Positions 29,269 to 39,230 of a DNA stretch of 64,000 nt are shown in pieces. The stretch comes from Candidatus Melainabacteria bacterium 17Bon1m. GTDB lineage: Bacteria; Cyanobacteriota; Vampirovibrionia; Obscuribacterales; Obscuribacteraceae. Location of the stretch: NCBI GenBank assembly GCA_032128875.1, contig JAVLKG010000002.1, positions 544,001 to 608,000 on the forward strand. The letters are read 5' to 3'. The notes beneath the pieces were generated by a model. It was not told the origin of the DNA and ran no database searches. It was given only the letters and a program-made list of their open reading frames with translations. Within the stretch, counting starts at the first letter, position 1, and every line of letters begins with the position of its first letter. The translations under genes were made by a program, and so were the position numbers.

Positions 29269-30621
29269 ATGATTCAGGTTAAGACTCTCGATGACATTGT
29301 GATGGAGGCTCAGCGGCAATCCATCAATCTGGTGCGATTTATATACGCCGACTTGAGCAGCATCATAAGAGGAAAGGCGACGCGCGCAGCTCATCTTAAG
29401 GAGAGGCTGGAAAGCGGAATTGGACTGGTCAAAGGAACGCTGGCGATGAATATGCTCGACCAGCTTCAGACTGATACCGGTTTTGGTGCCAGTGGCGAAA
29501 TCCGCTTGATCCCAGATCCCGACACCTGGACAGTGCTGCCTTACGCTGAGCGGCAGGCGGCTGTAATTTGTGATTTGATGGAACTCGACCACACACCATG
29601 GGAGCTTTGTCCGCGCGCTGTCCTGAAGCGTCAAATTCAAAAGGCGAAGGATATGGGTGTAAGTTTTCAGGTCGCCTTCGAACCGGAATTCATGCTCGGC
29701 ACCACTAGTGACGGCACGTTTCAACCGCTTGATCGCAGCTTGTGTTTTTCTACCGAGGGAATGAACCGAGCGTCACGCTTTATCAATAATTTTATTGACG
29801 CGCTCGCCAAACAAAATATTGAGACCGAGCAATATTATCCGGAACTCGGACATGGTCAGCATGAAGTCAGCATTACTCACATGCCGGCTTTGAAAGCTTG
29901 CGACAGGCAGATTTATTACAGAGAAACATTGAAGGGCGTTGCTCTTGATATGGGGATGGAAGCATACCTTGCGCCAAAACCATTCGAGAACCAGCCCGGA
30001 AACGGCTGCCATTTACACTTGTCCGCTTGGGATATCTATGGTGAGCGCAATTTATTGTTTGCCGACAGTGGACTCTCTCTTTTCGGAATGAAATTTGTTG
30101 CCGGCATACTCGAACACCTTCCGGCCCTTGTGGCATTGACTGCACCGTCGGTAAACTCTTACCGCCGTTTGAAGCCGAGTTCATGGGCGTCGGCGTATAC
30201 CTGTTGGGGTTTTGAGAATCGAGAAGCCGCAGTAAGAGTACCCTCTGTTTACTGGGGGCACGAAATGGCCACGACTAATATTGAAATAAAATGCGTTGAC
30301 TCGACTGCGAATCCATACATAGCGTTGGCAGGGATAATTGCCGCCGGTTTGGACGGAGTAGAAAGAAACCTTCAGCCACCAGATCCTGTATTCACGGATC
30401 CTGCCACCATGACTCCTGAAGAGCAGGATAAGAATAAAATTCGCAGACTGCCTACTAGCCTCATGGATGCGGTTTTAGAGCTGGAACAAGACAAGCTTCT
30501 TGTCGGTGTTTTGGGTTCTCGCTTAGCTGATACATATGCGGCAGTGAAGACCTCTGAATGTGGTGCTTTTGATGCGGCTAATCCGGAGTTCGAAATGACC
30601 CATCACCGAAATCGCTATTAA
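29269..30621 (+). CDS. Glutamine synthetase-family ligase (FluG/NodGS C-terminal-like; not canonical GlnA)
   Basis: FEPEF, ELGHGQHE, PKPF..GNGCHLHLS, NSYRRL, WGFENREAAVR, and NIEIKCVDSTANPY in place of canonical RIExR. Confidence 0.88.
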   Translation: MIQVKTLDDIVMEAQRQSINLVRFIYADLSSIIRGKATRAAHLKERLESGIGLVKGTLAMNMLDQLQTDTGFGASGEIRLIPDPDTWTVLPYAERQAAVICDLMELDHTPWELCPRAVLKRQIQKAKDMGVSFQVAFEPEFMLGTTSDGTFQPLDRSLCFSTEGMNRASRFINNFIDALAKQNIETEQYYPELGHGQHEVSITHMPALKACDRQIYYRETLKGVALDMGMEAYLAPKPFENQPGNGCHLHLSAWDIYGERNLLFADSGLSLFGMKFVAGILEHLPALVALTAPSVNSYRRLKPSSWASAYTCWGFENREAAVRVPSVYWGHEMATTNIEIKCVDSTANPYIALAGIIAAGLDGVERNLQPPDPVFTDPATMTPEEQDKNKIRRLPTSLMDAVLELEQDKLLVGVLGSRLADTYAAVKTSECGAFDAANPEFEMTHHRNRY

Positions 30622-30634
30622 CAAAGGAGACAGT

Positions 30635-31819
30635 GTGAGCGAGCTTCCGGGCATAGATTTGCGAAGTGCGATCATTATCGATCAGCACGCGCACTCTTTG
30701 GTCAACGATTTCGTTCAGTTCGAGGCGGTCGACCTGCGCCGTTGTTTTACCGAAAGCCGTACCATGGATATGTTGCAAAACCATGTTCAGAACTCGCTGT
30801 CATACATTGATATGATCCGCAAATTGGAATTTCTGTTGGACGTAAGCGGTGAGAAACAGCTTATTGAGCTTCGTCAAACGATGAGAGAATTCGACCTGGT
30901 GAATAGTTTGTTTGACGATGTTTCACTCGGCGCTTTCATTATTGATGACGGCTATTCATCAGGTAAGGCAATGCCGCTGCAGAAGTTTAGCCAACTAACA
31001 GACCGTCCTGTTTTTCGCTGCCTGCGTATTGAAAGTTTTATCGAAAAGGCTCTGTCGATGTCGTCGAGTTTTGGCGAACTAGAATCAAAGTTTCTATCCT
31101 TATTGTCTGAGCCTTCGGATGTGCCAGTCGTTGCACTAAAAACTATTCTGGCTTATCGAGGCGGACTGCGTTTTCTAGATACCACTAAAGAACTTGCTCA
31201 AGAGGAATTCTCACCATTAAAGGAAGGGGCTAAAGAGCGCTCCAGCGAACCTGGAAAATCCGGTGCAAGCAAGCCTTCCGTTCGAATAGAAAAATGCAAT
31301 CTGTACCACTATCTGGTGCTGCGAGCGTTCGAGTTTGCTGGTGACAGAAAGATTCCAGTTCAGATTCATACAGGCTTGGGAGATTCCGATGAGGATCTCT
31401 CTGAAAGCAATCCGCTTCATTTGAGAAGCCTTTTCGAAGATAAGCATTTCTCTTCAGTCAAATTTGTCTTGCTGCATTGTTATCCATTCGTCAAAGAAGC
31501 GGCTTATTTTGCGTCTCTTTATTCAAATGTCTATATGGATTTGTCGCTCGCTTGTTTTCTCGTCTCGGCTAACATCGAATCGATTTTGATGGATGCAGTC
31601 TCTCTTGCACCCGTTTCAAAAATTTTGAGTGGAACAGATGGTCACACCGTGCCGGAAACTTACTGGTACGGTGCGCTTTCATTGAAACGCGGTTTGTCTA
31701 GAGTACTCACAAAACTCGTACGTGAAGATTTCTTGGAACCCGCTCAGGCAATGAAAATTGCTGGCGATATTCTTCACGAAAACGCGCAAAGGCTTTATAG
31801 ATTGGAAGGTCTGGCATAG
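30635..31819 (+). CDS. Amidohydrolase family protein (FluG/NodGS N-terminal-like)
   Basis: IDQHAH, LKTILAYRGGL, QIHTGLGD, LLHCYPF, NVYMDLS and GTDGH..PE motifs. Confidence 0.88.
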   Translation: MSELPGIDLRSAIIIDQHAHSLVNDFVQFEAVDLRRCFTESRTMDMLQNHVQNSLSYIDMIRKLEFLLDVSGEKQLIELRQTMREFDLVNSLFDDVSLGAFIIDDGYSSGKAMPLQKFSQLTDRPVFRCLRIESFIEKALSMSSSFGELESKFLSLLSEPSDVPVVALKTILAYRGGLRFLDTTKELAQEEFSPLKEGAKERSSEPGKSGASKPSVRIEKCNLYHYLVLRAFEFAGDRKIPVQIHTGLGDSDEDLSESNPLHLRSLFEDKHFSSVKFVLLHCYPFVKEAAYFASLYSNVYMDLSLACFLVSANIESILMDAVSLAPVSKILSGTDGHTVPETYWYGALSLKRGLSRVLTKLVREDFLEPAQAMKIAGDILHENAQRLYRLEGLA

Positions 31820-31829
31820 TCCCGGTTCT

Positions 31830-31857
31830 CAAAAGACACCAAATGCAGTGTCTTTTG
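31830..31857. terminator. Probable bidirectional terminator between convergent genes
   Basis: CAAAAGACAC-N8-GTGTCTTTTG. Confidence 0.55.
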
Positions 31858-31877
31858 GACGAATAGTTGCAAGAGGG

Positions 31878-32843
31878 TTATACAGGATAGGTGACCTTGG
31901 TTAGCTCTTCAGAAACTTTCCAGAGCTTCCTTTGCAGGTCTTCGTTGTGCGAAAGTTTATTTGAATCAACGCGAGTTGCATTACCTTTGGCACCACCAAA
32001 ACCGTCTGGTCCAAAATATTCGCCGCCGGAGACGAGCTTGTCCGTTGCCGCCATTAACATCGGCTGCGCGCCTGCGCGTGCGTCTTGGCTGAAGAGAGGT
32101 TCGAACATCGCGAAAAGAGCACGGACCCATGCCTTTGTGACCGCGTGAACTTGAAGTCCGGTGCGTGACCAGCCTGGGTGGGCTGCAACAGAAATCGTTC
32201 TAGAGTTTGCTTTATCCAAGCGGCGTTGCAGCTCGTATGCGAAAAGGAGATTGGCAATTTTTGATTGAGCGTATGCCAAATTTGCGATATAGAGTTTTTT
32301 GCTCTGGAGATCATCGAAATTGATTCTGCCGCGCAAGTGCGCGGTGCTGCTTAGTGTAACGACTCGAGAACCGGCAGTCGCCATCAGGTTGGGCAGGATA
32401 AGACCTGTAAAGGCAAAATGCCCAAGGTGATTTGTGCCGAACTGTAATTCGAAACCATCTTCTGTAATTGTGTATGGTGGCACCATCACGCCGGCATTGT
32501 TTATGAGTACGTCAATGTTTGGAAATTCTGAACGCAGTTTGTCCGCGCATTCATGTACTGACTTGAGAGAGCTTAGGTCGAGCTTGATTGGAAAGATGTT
32601 TTTATTACTGTGTTTAGCCTTTAGCTTTTCTGCGCACTCTTTGGTGCGTTCTAAACTTCTGCTCGCGAGGACAACAGTGGCACCGTGTTCAGCAAGAGCA
32701 TCGGCTGACTCGAAACCAATGCCGTTGGTGGCACCGGTAATGACAAAGACTCGACCCGTTTGATCGCCAATCTTCGATTCGCACCATTCCTTTAGAATGT
32801 TTCCAGACTTCGTCACTTTCGCTTCGCATGATTGTCCGGACAT
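31878..32843 (-). CDS. Short-chain dehydrogenase/reductase (retinol-DH/WWOX-like)
   Basis: TGATNGIG, NNAGVM, TNHLGHF, YAQSK and HPG motifs. GAGG RBS before ATG 32843. Confidence 0.92.
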   Translation of the reverse strand: MSGQSCEAKVTKSGNILKEWCESKIGDQTGRVFVITGATNGIGFESADALAEHGATVVLASRSLERTKECAEKLKAKHSNKNIFPIKLDLSSLKSVHECADKLRSEFPNIDVLINNAGVMVPPYTITEDGFELQFGTNHLGHFAFTGLILPNLMATAGSRVVTLSSTAHLRGRINFDDLQSKKLYIANLAYAQSKIANLLFAYELQRRLDKANSRTISVAAHPGWSRTGLQVHAVTKAWVRALFAMFEPLFSQDARAGAQPMLMAATDKLVSGGEYFGPDGFGGAKGNATRVDSNKLSHNEDLQRKLWKVSEELTKVTYPV

Positions 32844-32942
32844 TGTTGAACCTCGGATCTGGATTGTATTGAAAGATTTGTCGTAACTGGACTTTGTGTG
32901 ATCGCAGAGCACACTCATAGAATTTGAAATTTTAATGAAGAA

Positions 32943-33034
32943 GGCGACGCATTGCGCCGCCATATATCTTCTAGATTGCTGGTTTCATCGATGTCGTATT
33001 GTCCGAAATTAGGGCGCATGCAATGCGCCCCCAC
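32943..33034. repeat. REP-like palindromes (degenerate inverted pair)
   Basis: GGCGACGCATTGCGCCGCC at 32943-32961 and AGGGCGCATGCAATGCGCCCCCAC at 33011-33034 (minus strand starts GTGG). Confidence 0.6.
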
Positions 33035-33049
33035 GAAAAACACCGAAGA

Positions 33050-34090
33050 TTACATCAAGCCCTTCATCACTTCGTCCAGGACTTCTTTGCCTGGTCTGAG
33101 TTGTTCGTTCGGAATGTTGACGATTGGTGTGTCGACAACATGCATAACGTCGGTGAAGTTCTCTTTCTTCTCGTCGATGTAGAGCAAGCCCGTGAGGAAT
33201 TGCTTCTCTTTGGCTGCTTGAGCGATCGTCTCAACTGCCAATGCTCTGTTGGTGGCATCGTAGTTGCGTTCGGTCTTCTTCAAGCGCAGGTGCGAACCGT
33301 CATGCAATTCGATGTCGGTGACAGTTCCTGGTTCGTAGTCGACTGTGATTTGCTCGTAGAACGGAATGTAGCCGAGCTCGTGGAGCGGCGTTTCCATTTC
33401 CTTTGCGTACTTGTAGCTCTTGGTCGAGCCTTCGTGGTTGTTGAAGGTGACGCATGGGCTGATGACGTCGAGGACGGCTGTTCCTTTGTGGGAAGCAGCG
33501 GCTTTGAGCAAAGCGACCAATTGTTTGGGGTCGCCTGCGAAAGAGCGAGCAACGAATCCGCAGCCGAGCTCAATGGCAAGTCCGCAAAGATCGATAGGCG
33601 GAAGTTCGTTCAACACACCGGTCTTCAGCTTGGAGCCGAGGTCAGCGGTGGCAGAGAATTGTCCTTTTGTAAGACCATAAACGCCGTTGTTTTCGACGAT
33701 GTAAATCATCGGCACGTTACGTCTGACCAGGTGGCAGAACTGACCAAGACCGATCGATGCGGTGTCGCCGTCGCCGGAGACGCCGATGAGGCGGAGGTCT
33801 TTGTTTGCCAGGCTGACGCCTGTGGCGACCGACGGCATTCTTCCGTGCGTGGAGTTGAATCCGTGAGCGCGGTTCAAGAAATAAGCCGGTGTCTTACTGG
33901 AGCAGCCGATACCACTCAGTTTTGCAACGTTGTGGGGCTCAATGCCCAGTTCGTAAAACGCCTTGATGATCTGACTTGTTATAGCGTCGTGTCCGCAGCC
34001 GTCGCAGAGAGTGGAAGGGCTACCTTTGTAGTCCGCCAAGGTCAGACCGATGCGGTTTGTGCTTTGGGGTTTGGGTGTAGATGCAACCAT
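33050..34090 (-). CDS. korB: 2-oxoacid:ferredoxin oxidoreductase beta subunit
   Basis: CDGCGH, SGIGCSS, HGR, ThDP motif GDGD...NN, YGLTKGQ, SPCVTFN. Confidence 0.92.
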   Translation of the reverse strand: MVASTPKPQSTNRIGLTLADYKGSPSTLCDGCGHDAITSQIIKAFYELGIEPHNVAKLSGIGCSSKTPAYFLNRAHGFNSTHGRMPSVATGVSLANKDLRLIGVSGDGDTASIGLGQFCHLVRRNVPMIYIVENNGVYGLTKGQFSATADLGSKLKTGVLNELPPIDLCGLAIELGCGFVARSFAGDPKQLVALLKAAASHKGTAVLDVISPCVTFNNHEGSTKSYKYAKEMETPLHELGYIPFYEQITVDYEPGTVTDIELHDGSHLRLKKTERNYDATNRALAVETIAQAAKEKQFLTGLLYIDEKKENFTDVMHVVDTPIVNIPNEQLRPGKEVLDEVMKGLM

Positions 34091-34095
34091 GTCTC

Positions 34096-35919
34096 TTACT
34101 TCTCCTGGCTTTGGATGGAGTCGGTGACGAAACGAGCGTCAAGCGGCAAGCCATCGTAATGTCTGATAGAACGAATCTTCGTTGCGAGTTCCGGATATTC
34201 GGAAACGATGATGTCTTTCAACTGACCATCGCGGTTTTGCTCGACGATGTAGGTGCGTTCGTGCGATTCGATGAATGCTTTTACGTCGTCGGTAAGCGGC
34301 AATGCTCTCAAGCGCAGGTAGCTGGTTTCAACATTTGCTGCTTTGAGTTGATCGCGCGACTCGCCGATTGCCGGATCTGAAGAACCGAATGCAATGATGC
34401 CCAGTTTTGCTTTGGCATTCTTGTCGATGATTGGTTGCGGGATGTGTTTCTTAGCCGTTTCCAATTTCTTGAGCAAGCGATCCATGAGCTTGACATAGTC
34501 ATCAGGACGCTCTGTGTATCCGGCTTTTTCGTTGTGACCGGAGCCACGAGTGAAGTAAGCTGCGTTCGGATGATTGGTGCCGGGCAAGGTGCGGAAAGGA
34601 ATTCCGTCACCGTCGACATCTTTATAGCGAGCAAATTCTTTGCCTGCCTCCAGCATCTCGGCGGTCATGATTTTGCCTCTGTCCATCGGAGTCTTCGGGT
34701 ATTCGAAGGGATCCGACATCCAGTTGTTCATGCCGAGATCGAGATCGGAAAGAACGAAAACAGGTTGTTGGAAGCGCTCTGCAAGGTCGAACGCATCGTG
34801 TGCGAATTGATAGCACTCTGCTACAGAGCCAGGCAGCATCACGAGATGTTTGGTGTCGCCGTGCGAGAGGTAGTAGGCGCTGATCAAATCAGCTTGCGAT
34901 GTTCTTGTCGGCATACCGGTTGAAGGACCGACACGCTGAACGTCGAAGATGACGACCGGGATTTCAGTGAAATATCCGTAGCCTGCGAATTCAGCCATCA
35001 GCGAGATGCCGGGACCGGAAGTGGAGGTCATAGCGCGAGCGCCAGCCCAACCTGCTCCCAGAGCCATACCGATTGCAGCCAATTCATCTTCTGCTTGAAC
35101 AATATTGAAGGTTGCTTTACCTGATTCTTTGTCGACACGATATTTCTTCATGTAGTCGATCAGTGATTCGGTCAAGCTGGACGACGGAGTGATCGGGTAC
35201 CAGGCAGCAACCTGAATACCAGCGAACATGCAACCGAGAGCAGATGCGGCGTTGCCATCGATAATTATCTTGCCGGCGGTCTTGTCCATTTTTTCAACGT
35301 AGAAAGGATCATCTTTTTTGATGTTCTCTTTCGCCCATTCACGACCGGTGTCGGATGCCTTGATGTTCAAGTCGGCAGCAGACTGCTTTTTCTTGAACTG
35401 GCGGCGAATGGCATTCTCGATTTCGGATTGTTCGATATTGAGAAGTTCAGCTACAACGCCTACATAAATCATGTTGGTGACGAGCTTTCTCAACTTGATG
35501 TTTTCTGTTGCTTTGGCAGCCAGCTCAGTGAATGGCACTGGGTAGTGCTTTACGTCGGAGCGTACGGCAGTCAAATTCAATTCTTGCGGGCTGACGCATA
35601 CGGCGCCCGGCTTGAGATTTTTGACGTCTTCCATGGCGGTTTGTGGATTCATCGCCACGAGAATGTCGATTTCTTTCTTTCTGGCAATATAGCCATCTTT
35701 GTTTACGCGGATGGTAAACCATGTCGGCAAGCCGGCAATATTCGACGGAAACAGGTTCTTGCCACTGACCGGGATGCCCATCTGGAAGATGGAGCGCATC
35801 AGCACGGAATTCGAAGATTGGCTTCCAGAACCGTTTACAGTTGCAACTTCAATTGAGAAGTCGTTAACAATTCGCCCGCTCTCTACTTTCTGAGCGGCGT
35901 TCGCTTCAAGTGTTTTCAC
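34096..35919 (-). CDS. korA: 2-oxoacid:acceptor oxidoreductase alpha subunit (gamma-alpha fusion)
   Basis: NGSGSQS, YPITPSS, QAEDELAA, TSGPG, QRVGPSTG and VEQN motifs. Confidence 0.92.
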   Translation of the reverse strand: MKTLEANAAQKVESGRIVNDFSIEVATVNGSGSQSSNSVLMRSIFQMGIPVSGKNLFPSNIAGLPTWFTIRVNKDGYIARKKEIDILVAMNPQTAMEDVKNLKPGAVCVSPQELNLTAVRSDVKHYPVPFTELAAKATENIKLRKLVTNMIYVGVVAELLNIEQSEIENAIRRQFKKKQSAADLNIKASDTGREWAKENIKKDDPFYVEKMDKTAGKIIIDGNAASALGCMFAGIQVAAWYPITPSSSLTESLIDYMKKYRVDKESGKATFNIVQAEDELAAIGMALGAGWAGARAMTSTSGPGISLMAEFAGYGYFTEIPVVIFDVQRVGPSTGMPTRTSQADLISAYYLSHGDTKHLVMLPGSVAECYQFAHDAFDLAERFQQPVFVLSDLDLGMNNWMSDPFEYPKTPMDRGKIMTAEMLEAGKEFARYKDVDGDGIPFRTLPGTNHPNAAYFTRGSGHNEKAGYTERPDDYVKLMDRLLKKLETAKKHIPQPIIDKNAKAKLGIIAFGSSDPAIGESRDQLKAANVETSYLRLRALPLTDDVKAFIESHERTYIVEQNRDGQLKDIIVSEYPELATKIRSIRHYDGLPLDARFVTDSIQSQEK

Positions 35920-36032
35920 CGTTTGAGTACCCTAAAAGGACGCAAATACAGTTGAAATTTTAACAACGGAAGCGCGCTGCCGGCTCGTTTCAAAAGGAAT
36001 CAATAAGAATCTATATATAGGACCTGACTAAG

Positions 36033-37730
36033 CTAAGAGTTTGAGGCAGCTCTTTCCTTGTCAAGCGCCTGCTGCTCAAAGTGTCCGTCAGAAACATGAA
36101 CATCTAAAAGGAAGGGACCCTGGGTTTCGAACATATGCTGCAAGGCCGGCTCCAGTTCGGACATCATGCTGATTTGACCGGCAGGAACCCTCATAGAAGT
36201 CGCCAGATCCCTGAAGGAGACCGGCGGATTGTCTAGTTGAACTCGAAGCGGGCTGCCCGGAGTCGAAAGCAATTGCAGGTTGTATGTGCTTCTTCCGAGG
36301 TTGTTGATGACGATGTATTTGGTATGCAGACCGTAATGAGCGGCTGTCCATAAGGCTTGAGGTGCAACCATAGCGCTCAAGTCCGAAGTCAATGCAATCA
36401 CCTGGTGGTCTGGACTCGCCCACTGGATGCCGAGACTGGCCCCTAAGCCGTAGCCTTGGACACCGGAATTCAGTGAGAAAAATGAAGAGCTGCTCTCTAA
36501 ATTGAGCACCTGTACCGGGTCGCAAAGGTCGTTGACGAGGTCGCTGACAATCACCGACTTCTGTGGCCTGACCGCATCGATCATGCGCAAAAGCCACAGC
36601 AGCGAAATTGGAGCATTTTGTCCAGGATAGGAAAGCTTCTCTTCCAGGTCCTGTTTGCGTTTTGAAACCCAGGCAATGGTGTTATGCGCCCGCCGTTTTG
36701 TCACATCTACCCATGAGTTATTCGATACCATCTGGATTTCGGCTCGAATTCTGGAAAGCGTTTCTCCGATATCAGCTACGGCCGCCAGGTGGCAAGGCAG
36801 TGTCTTACCGGCTAAACCTGGTTCTACGTTAATCTGAATCACCGAAGCATTTTGCGGAATCAGCGGTGGTTCGTGGACTTTTGCCGGTATACGCGTTTGC
36901 ATACCCAGGACCAAAATGACGTCAAACGGCGAAAGCAGCTGATTTGCCTGAGTTAGATCCAGTGGCAAAACTCCGCAGAATTGTGGATGCCTGTTCGGGA
37001 AGTTGACTCCTGTGGGCATCGGCTCGCAGAAAGCCGCGCATCCTAGCACTTCCACAAGGCTGACTGCTTCTTTTCGAGCGCGATATTGCGAAACTTCGTT
37101 GCCGAAAATGATGCAAGGATTTTGGGCTGAAACGAGCGCCTTGGCCGCTTTCTTGAGAAAGGCCGGATCGGCAGAGCCCAGAGGGCTTATCTGTGGCGGC
37201 ACAATTGCTTGTCCGGCCGAAGGTCTGAGCAGCAAGTTATGCGGAAGGCTGATTACAACTGGCCCCTTGGGCGGAGAATTTGCCTCATGAAAAGCTCGCC
37301 GGATCAATCTTGGAATCTCAGCGTGAGTTTTCAGTTCGCAAGCCCATTTTGCCAGAGGCTTTGCCATTTCAAGAAGATCGGCTGCAAGCGGAGGCTCGTC
37401 GGAAAGAATTTGAGAATCCTGCTGGTCTACAAGAACGACCAGAGGAACGCGTGCTTTGAGCGACGTATAAAGCGCCGTCTGAACACTGGCCATGCCAGGT
37501 GCAGCCAAAACAGCCATGACGCCCGGGCGTCCCGATGCTTGCGCATAACCAATGGCCATCGACCCCGCCACCTCGTCATGAAGAGCGGACAAGAAGTGAA
37601 TATCGGAGCGCATCTCGTAAGTCGCCGTGATTACGGGCGATTCGGCGGAAGCGAGCGAGCCGAATATAAAACGTGTTCCCTCAGCTTGAAGTTGATCAAG
37701 CAATAAATGACTTGCCAGGTGGTCGGACAT
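36033..37730 (-). CDS. Thiamine-diphosphate enzyme-fold protein (benzoylformate decarboxylase/AHAS-like) with degenerate cofactor motifs
   Basis: MAIGYAQASG, PPKGPV, GYGLGASLG, QALWTAA and VINN motifs, but HD in place of HE and SDLS in place of GDGS. Confidence 0.82.
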   Translation of the reverse strand: MSDHLASHLLLDQLQAEGTRFIFGSLASAESPVITATYEMRSDIHFLSALHDEVAGSMAIGYAQASGRPGVMAVLAAPGMASVQTALYTSLKARVPLVVLVDQQDSQILSDEPPLAADLLEMAKPLAKWACELKTHAEIPRLIRRAFHEANSPPKGPVVISLPHNLLLRPSAGQAIVPPQISPLGSADPAFLKKAAKALVSAQNPCIIFGNEVSQYRARKEAVSLVEVLGCAAFCEPMPTGVNFPNRHPQFCGVLPLDLTQANQLLSPFDVILVLGMQTRIPAKVHEPPLIPQNASVIQINVEPGLAGKTLPCHLAAVADIGETLSRIRAEIQMVSNNSWVDVTKRRAHNTIAWVSKRKQDLEEKLSYPGQNAPISLLWLLRMIDAVRPQKSVIVSDLVNDLCDPVQVLNLESSSSFFSLNSGVQGYGLGASLGIQWASPDHQVIALTSDLSAMVAPQALWTAAHYGLHTKYIVINNLGRSTYNLQLLSTPGSPLRVQLDNPPVSFRDLATSMRVPAGQISMMSELEPALQHMFETQGPFLLDVHVSDGHFEQQALDKERAASNS

Positions 37731-37876
37731 CGAAAAACTCCGCGAGGTTGAGCACATTCAAGCCCTGTCATGGAAAACATACCCAGAGTGAGGGAAATTT
37801 GAGACACCCGAAAGGGTGACTATAAATCGTTTTCCACGAAAGCTTTAGATGCTTATTCAAAGTCACTTATAGTCGC

Positions 37877-39070
37877 CTAGAGGTGATCGAGCTCGACAAG
37901 CGGGCAGGGCGCGGTTAGATGGAGATCTGCTAGTTTGTCATCGAAGGGCAAAATCATTCCTCTTCCCCAGGAGCGATCGTAATAATTGAGCTGGCCCTTG
38001 TAACCAGTTGGCAAAATCTCATCCAATCCGCATTTTTTTATCAGCTGCTTGAGGTTGAAGCTGGGCGCAAAGTCGTTTGCCAAACCCTCCCAAGCCCTAA
38101 TTCTCATCAGCTTTTCCTTCAGTGCATGAACCAATAGACCTGCCCAAATTGGTTCGCGGAATTCTTGCGGTGCGACAATTTCCAATATGCGCAGCACGCC
38201 ACCTGCGCTTTCTGTGATCGCGTAGCCACCGGGCCTGCCATTCTCTGAAACTTTCGTGATGTTTAATGCCGGCCATGCCAAACGTGAGTGGCTGTGCAAA
38301 AACATTTCGCGCATCAGCTTATAGCTGAAATAATTGCGATCCCTAACGATGCCATACGGCTGTCTCGATAGCCACTGCATGTAGTGGCGTGCTGTAAAGT
38401 CGAGATGTTCAGGAAGAAGTTTTTCGTGAAGGAGCTCAAATGACTTGCCGTCAAGTGTGAGGTTTATTCGAGCGTTCTTTGGACTGTCAATCTTTGTACT
38501 GCCATTCTGTGTACTGCCATTTTGTGTCTCGTAATTCTGTGTATCGTAATTCTGTGCCCCGCCATCATTGAGATCTGCGCCACAGTCGTCTTCGCAGGAA
38601 ATATGTGAAGGAAACGCAGGTTTTCCTTTGAGGAACGGAAGGTGTATCAGTAGGTCGGCTGCTCCAATTTCTTCAAATCCGAAGCGCGCATAAAACTCGC
38701 AGTCGATATCGGAAAACAAAATCATTCCCTGATAGCTTTCGCTTTCAGCAAGCTCCGCTGCGGCTTCCATGAGTTCTGTTGCATAGCCCATGTGTCGGCA
38801 ATCGAGCTGAGTGTAAACAGCTCCAATGCCGGCTAACTTATAAGATAGTCCGCGCGCCTTCAGCTCAATAGTCGAAAATTTCATGCTTGAAACGATTTTG
38901 CCTTTTCGTTTCAGCGTAAAGTGTCTCAGGTTACGCCGCGCCCAAGGATGATTGGCTTGCTTGAACTGATATTCCAGATAATCTCGTCTGGACAGACCGG
39001 GCGACCAAATCTTGAATGTTTCTCGGAAAACCGGAAGCAGTGTTTGCCAGTCAGCGGGTTCAAGCTTCAT
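37877..39070 (-). CDS. GNAT family N-acetyltransferase (Eis-like)
   Basis: GIGAVYT...RHMGYATELM (acetyl-CoA motif A) and LFSDI...FYARFGF. Confidence 0.82.
   Translation of the reverse strand: MKLEPADWQTLLPVFRETFKIWSPGLSRRDYLEYQFKQANHPWARRNLRHFTLKRKGKIVSSMKFSTIELKARGLSYKLAGIGAVYTQLDCRHMGYATELMEAAAELAESESYQGMILFSDIDCEFYARFGFEEIGAADLLIHLPFLKGKPAFPSHISCEDDCGADLNDGGAQNYDTQNYETQNGSTQNGSTKIDSPKNARINLTLDGKSFELLHEKLLPEHLDFTARHYMQWLSRQPYGIVRDRNYFSYKLMREMFLHSHSRLAWPALNITKVSENGRPGGYAITESAGGVLRILEIVAPQEFREPIWAGLLVHALKEKLMRIRAWEGLANDFAPSFNLKQLIKKCGLDEILPTGYKGQLNYYDRSWGRGMILPFDDKLADLHLTAPCPLVELDHL
38495..38554. repeat. Four tandem 15-bp in-frame repeats inside the GNAT gene
   Basis: tgtactgccattctg / tgtactgccattttg / tgtctcgtaattctg / tgtatcgtaattctg, encoding QNYDT-QNYET-QNGST-QNGST. 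Confidence 0.85.
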
Positions 39071-39230
39071 TTTTGCTCAGCTGCAATTTCCTTTACTGAT
39101 TTTACTCATGATTTGTATTGCAGCGTGTTCGGATTTCATCGCTGCCCCTAATGACAAGTGTTTGAAGTGGAAGCGGTGCCGTACAATTATTGATTCGTCT
39201 AAGTATTGGATTCGTCCGTAAGGCAGTTAG

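Noticed and set aside
29266-29271. In-frame TAA-ATG junction suggesting read-through fusion of the membrane protein to the GS-like gene
   Set aside because: TAA is a strong stop, and the GS gene has its own purine-rich RBS and a normal N-terminus; simple translational coupling explains it.
32999-34159. 386-aa plus-strand ORF opposite korB, and similar antisense ORFs over korA and ppdK
   Set aside because: Antisense shadows of strongly codon-biased genes; no recognisable motifs.
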